NCBI GenBank assembly: GCA_051530055.1
Contig: CM121341.1
Span: 13,308,784-13,372,783 of the forward strand
Direction: 5' to 3'
Source: Neoechinorhynchus agilis
Taxonomy: Eukaryota; Animalia; Acanthocephala
DNA length: 64,000 bases
Shown here in pieces: positions 59,821-64,000 of the stretch. How positions within the stretch are numbered: the stretch's first letter is position 1; each line of letters opens with the position of its first letter. A model generated the notes under the pieces. The model had not been told where the DNA came from, did no database searches, and worked only from the letters and a program-made list of their open reading frames with translations. The position numbers and the translations under genes were made by a program.

Positions 59821-62800
59821 AAAAAAGTATGGATGATAAAGGTGAGCCTTGGGGGACCCCTTTGGATTGATAGAATATAGACCTTGATGGATCATCTTCA
59901 AAGAAAAATCGTTTACATTTCAGAATGTTGCTCACCCTAGCAAATATATTGAAAGGAAAACAAAAAAATCTTAAAATATTCACCATAAAAGCAATGTCAA
60001 TATTATCAAAAGCTTTAGAAATATCGAAAGAGATAAGAATGTTTGTTGACTTGGGGTGGCTAAAAAGGTTATGTATTATTTGAGCAATTGCAGTATGAGC
60101 AGATTTCCCTGGGAGGAAACCATGACAGCGCTCATCAATAAGGTGATGTTTAAAAGAAAAATCAATTATAATTTTGGCCAGAACTCGCTCGTATATGGAA
60201 ACAAACGAATTCTGAATGGAGATAGGTCTCACATCACTAGGTGAAGAAACAGCCCTACCTTTTTTCTTACAGAGAAATATTCTCTTCGCTATGTTTATCT
60301 GAGACCATTCATCAGGGGATGCTGCCAACATGTGCTCAGCTAAGGAAGTGATATTTGCTTGATTGAGAACGTTGGTGGCTTTGAAACAGGGGGAAGAACC
60401 ATTGTTCGATGTAAGATTTTTTGAACCCCACCAAATGATAAAATCATTCCGGCGTAAATCAAAACGACGAGGCTTAATTTGAATAAAAATATTAAAGACC
60501 GGGACACTACTTGCTCCATTACAATGTTCAATGCAAAGAGCGCTAATAACATTGTCCCACCCCGAGGTTTTAATCCAACTCGCTGCGGCCCTTTTCCACG
60601 GACAAAATCTTTTTGGTGCAACGACATGCCACCGAGGAGAGGAATAAGGCATAAATTGGCTAATTCGCTTACTGTCGCAAGCTATTTGAAATCGAGTTCT
60701 ACAGGGCCAGTATAAAGAGGACCAAAACTTTATCGACTCCCGATCATCGATTGCCTTAGCCATACTTTTGGTTTCTGCATTTTCGACCCGATACTTCTCG
60801 TGACCGTTGTTAAAATCGAGTCACTAGCTGTGATCATAAATTCATTTAAGCCCTTGAGCTGATCAAAAGCGCCAAAAGTGAAAGCAAAATTTATGGCAGC
60901 GTTAAAGATGTTGATGTTAAGTGTACTAAATTTAAATTTACGGCACAAAAGAATATTCCGTCCCAATTCCCACACTAAGATATCGTGTCCAGCAATACGG
61001 AAAATTGATGATTGAGAAACCAGTTTGGGTTTAACGAATGAGTTACTTCGAGCAAGACACAAATCTAGAAAAGAATGAGACCTGCCGTCGGTAAACATCG
61101 GATCCGCAGGGACAATAAGGTCGTTGAAATCTCCGAAGCAAAAGTCAATTCCGGATGCTAAAACATTTTTTATAAGATCTTTATTATGAGTGAGGTGTAT
61201 TTTCCTATGTTTAATATAGAAATTACCTAAGAGCAATTTCCTCCCCAAGATACGTATAGAAAATAAAGCGTAAGACAAATCTGGGGAAGTAAACTCATAA
61301 ATTAGGGTTAAAATGGATAATAAGCCTTGAGAGTAGTTTAAAAGGGGTTTTGTACAAAATTAAGAATATTCACTTGATAAAATATTAAAACTATTCGGAA
61401 GGTTGTTAAGAGAGTACAGCGACTTAGTTTCTTGGATAAAAGTAATACCACTTCTCTGTGCTTCAGACAAAAGGCCGGGAATACCCAGAAGCCCGCCTGC
61501 GTTCCACTGCGCAATTCTCAATTCCATTGAGACCTACCCTTGATGAAATTTTGGACCCCGTCAACACAAACCTGAGTTTGCTCGCTTATGATGTTGCTCA
61601 CGAACTCCTCGGCCTCGTACATATCCACATCGTCTACACCGTTGCTACTTGAAACCAGTGCTCGACTGCGTTTGCAGGGTGCTGGAGCTACCCCGGTCGC
61701 GATCTGAATATCTTTGAATTTTGTCGAGAGAGTTTCGATGAGACCGTTTAACTGGGCAGACAGTCTCCTCTCAAGACCCTGAATGTCCGCGGTGATTCGT
61801 AGATCGACCATGTCGAGGATTTTAGCGAAATCAGCAAACTTCTTTTCCAAGGTGTCATCATAAGTCGTTCGTAGATTATTAACATCTTTGGATGTACCCA
61901 GTTGTTGCCTTGGGCATGTTTTTATGGTTGTGACAGACCCTCTTATGAGTATGTACTTTGTCGTATTCCAACTATTCTGTGCAACTCGAGTGTCGGATGA
62001 ATTATTTCCCTTGGATCCAAGCAGTCTCGCCCACACAACATATTCCTTGAATGCTTCACAATTCGTCGAGAACGCACAATGGCCATCTCGATCGCAGTTT
62101 GAGCAGTGCCTTTTGTTTTTGTCACATTTGGTACTGTGGTGGTCTTGGCCACAAAAAGCGCATCGCGTGACCTTGGACGGGCACCTCTTCTCCCAATGTC
62201 CCCAACATTGACACACACTGCACCGAGGAAAGTAATAGTCGTAGTAACGCGAAATCTTGTTTGAAGTAAATTTAACATCCGTGGATTGGAAGAAGGATCG
62301 CTCAGTGCAAAGTGCGTCCCTCCGTTCAACCGCAGCTTTTACAATAGCTTTGGGAATAAACTTCCTCGTTCTTGATGACTTCAGTAAAAAGAGCAATTTG
62401 ACTCCGAATTTTTCCTCGAACGCTATCTTGTCTGCATCATCAATATCTGGAGAGATCCCAGAAACGATAAAGGTTAATCCATAACTTGTGTTCGAAATTG
62501 TCACACCTGCAAGGTTGCAGTTTTCCTTGATGAAAGCCAGAAAAGCTTTCATAAAATCCGCTGCTATAAACCTGATTTTCAATATTCCTCCGAAATAGCT
62601 GATGGATGAAATACGATGGATATCATCCTTAAAGGATTTGAGCCACGGAGCCAGATAACGCCTGTGTAGCTCTTCTCTGGGTTGTATTGGATTTGCTTCG
62701 ATTCTTATCGTATTGGGCCATCTTTTTGAAGGCACCTCGACGAAGTGCTTACTGTTTTGATCGCTGAGAAGTTGACTCCGAATGTCCAGAGGCACGGGAA

Positions 62801-62880
62801 TTCTCAGAACATTGGGTGGCCGTTCGCCACCCTCCACCGCAACAGCTTGTTGCGCACACATTTTTGAAAGGTATAACGTA
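59819..62880 (-). mobile_element. APE-type LINE (I/Jockey/R1-like) with intact ORF1 and broken, 3'-truncated ORF2
   Basis: FIQETK, GDFND, RPISI, HGF..GKS, DISKAFD, GVPQGSPLS. Confidence 0.88.
61518..62861 (-). CDS. LINE ORF1 (gag-like, three CCHC knuckles), 447 aa
   Basis: CSVCQCWGHWEKRC, CAFCGQDHHSTKC, CSNCDRDGHCAFSTNC. Confidence 0.85.
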   Translation of the reverse strand: MCAQQAVAVEGGERPPNVLRIPVPLDIRSQLLSDQNSKHFVEVPSKRWPNTIRIEANPIQPREELHRRYLAPWLKSFKDDIHRISSISYFGGILKIRFIAADFMKAFLAFIKENCNLAGVTISNTSYGLTFIVSGISPDIDDADKIAFEEKFGVKLLFLLKSSRTRKFIPKAIVKAAVERRDALCTERSFFQSTDVKFTSNKISRYYDYYFPRCSVCQCWGHWEKRCPSKVTRCAFCGQDHHSTKCDKNKRHCSNCDRDGHCAFSTNCEAFKEYVVWARLLGSKGNNSSDTRVAQNSWNTTKYILIRGSVTTIKTCPRQQLGTSKDVNNLRTTYDDTLEKKFADFAKILDMVDLRITADIQGLERRLSAQLNGLIETLSTKFKDIQIATGVAPAPCKRSRALVSSSNGVDDVDMYEAEEFVSNIISEQTQVCVDGVQNFIKGRSQWN

Positions 62881-62915
62881 ACCTAATATGCTAGCGTTCA
62901 ATGCGCGCAAATCGA

Positions 62916-63140
62916 TTATTTTAACATTGACTTTTTACGTCGTTCTCCCCCTCCGAAATCGTAGTTTTCCACTAGGTATCGGGACGGTCTTCTAATTCTT
63001 TTCGATTGTCTTCTGGTTATCTCGTCGATCTGATCGTGAGTATGTCCTTGCGTGATGTAATTCGGTTCTTTATTTAGACCGTCTTCATTATCATCTTCAT
63101 TGATAGGCGTGATTCTTGATGTCTCCTTTGCGTACGCATC
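62916..63140 (-). mobile_element. Possible LTR-retrotransposon pol C-terminus with purine tract
   Basis: RRQSKRIRRPSRYLVENYDFGGG and GGAGGGGGAGAA; no LTR is seen. Confidence 0.35.
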
Positions 63141-63460
63141 AACGCCCTGGGGCACCCACTTCGCTATCCGCCACGAGGGAGCCAGCCCGGTTTTCGACGT
63201 TGGGGTTCTTTATCGGGCATCAGATCCCATTGAACTCTCTATCTCGGAAGCCCTGCTGATCAACCGTGATTGGGTAGTGCGGTCAGGTGCAAGTGGGGAT
63301 CTCGGCTGCGAACGGGAAAACCTGAACCGCCGGGACGAATTGACAGGGAGCATGGGCCTCTTATGAACTCCCTTTGTGTGTTTTAGACTATCAAGGAACC
63401 TGAAGAAGGCGTGAGGCGCCGAAATATCGGATTCAATAAAAGATTGTGTGTGTGTCCCTC
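63140..63460 (+). mobile_element. 5'-truncated Penelope-like element (GIY-YIG C-terminus plus hammerhead)
   Basis: WGTHFAIRH...FDVGVL...LSISEALLI...NLNRRDE, then stop at 63366. Confidence 0.75.
63395..63440 (+). ncRNA. Minimal hammerhead ribozyme
   Basis: CUGAAGA-A-GGCG(UGAGG)CGCC-GAA-AUAU-C^GGAUUC-AAUAAA. Confidence 0.75.
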
Positions 63461-63851
63461 AACGTCTAAAAAAATTAAAAAAAATGACTGAACAAAAGTA
63501 CACGACGTTTTGGTTTTTCAGTATCCGTAAAAGTTTGTCTAGGAAAGTGGTGATCATAATAACCCTCCCGGATTCAAGGGGGCGATCCAGCGTATCCGGG
63601 CCATAATAAAAAATTAAAGCACCATTTTAGATGACTAATGAGGCGGCTTCCTAACCTTTCGACAAAAATATCTCTCAATTATGTTTTATACCACATCGCC
63701 CATAAGTCTAATCTGGTTAATTTCGATCGCCCGTATAAAATGTAAGCGAAACAACAATTTAACGTCAAAAAATCGATTTTGAAGCATTTGTGGATTTTAA
63801 GACACGGAAGAATCGCAAAATTGCCGTGCAAATCTTACCAGTGGTAGAGAA

Positions 63852-64000
63852 ATGCCAACGTTGGAAATGAAAGATACGCGTGAACGTAGTCCGATAGTGA
63901 GTGGGTCTCCTCGTCGGCGTCGCAGTCCTGGCACGAAGATGGCCAAGAAAAGACGGGATCGATCGGCGACTACGTCGTCCAGTGATCTATCTTCTTCGAC
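63852..64000 (+). CDS. Start of an Arg/Ser-rich protein (runs off the window)
   Basis: MPTLEMKDTRERSPIVSGSPRRRRSPGTKMAKKRRDRSATTSSSDLSS, open to the window end. Confidence 0.5.
   Translation, partial: MPTLEMKDTRERSPIVSGSPRRRRSPGTKMAKKRRDRSATTSSSDLSSS

Overview
This is eukaryotic (animal-type) genomic DNA. It is AT-rich and gene-dense, with mostly 44-50 nt introns and fast-evolving proteins; the lineage cannot be named from sequence alone. Recognisable host genes are an atypical intronless SLC6 transporter, phospholipase C, a minimal RBBP6, CXXC1/Cfp1, an orphan gene, PMM, site-1 protease (MBTPS1), a Y-box protein, LRRC57, NCBP2, two WDR12-like copies, a broken METTL2 and initiator tRNA-Met genes. 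These are interleaved with decayed non-LTR retroelements (RTE, CR1/L2-like, I/Jockey-like, five CRE-clade pieces, Penelope-like) and a GC-rich Tc1-type element with D37E spacing. The main result is the number of self-cleaving ribozyme motifs, found by hand folding. (1) A ~338-bp tandem array at 1-2249 has a minimal hammerhead plus a 68-aa Penelope-N-terminus-like ORF in each unit, making it a retrozyme-like candidate. (2) About eight further minimal hammerheads are dispersed, including a compensatory U3-A8 core variant and an asymmetric 89-bp dimer. (3) A twister ribozyme lies at ~20200-20264. The second half of the window holds a 4,355-bp-arm inverted duplication (47339-51693 / 55170-59524) whose inner ends lie about 20 nt past the tRNA-iMet 3' ends. 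Multi-exon gene ends and retroelement boundaries are approximate, and all homology calls are by eye.
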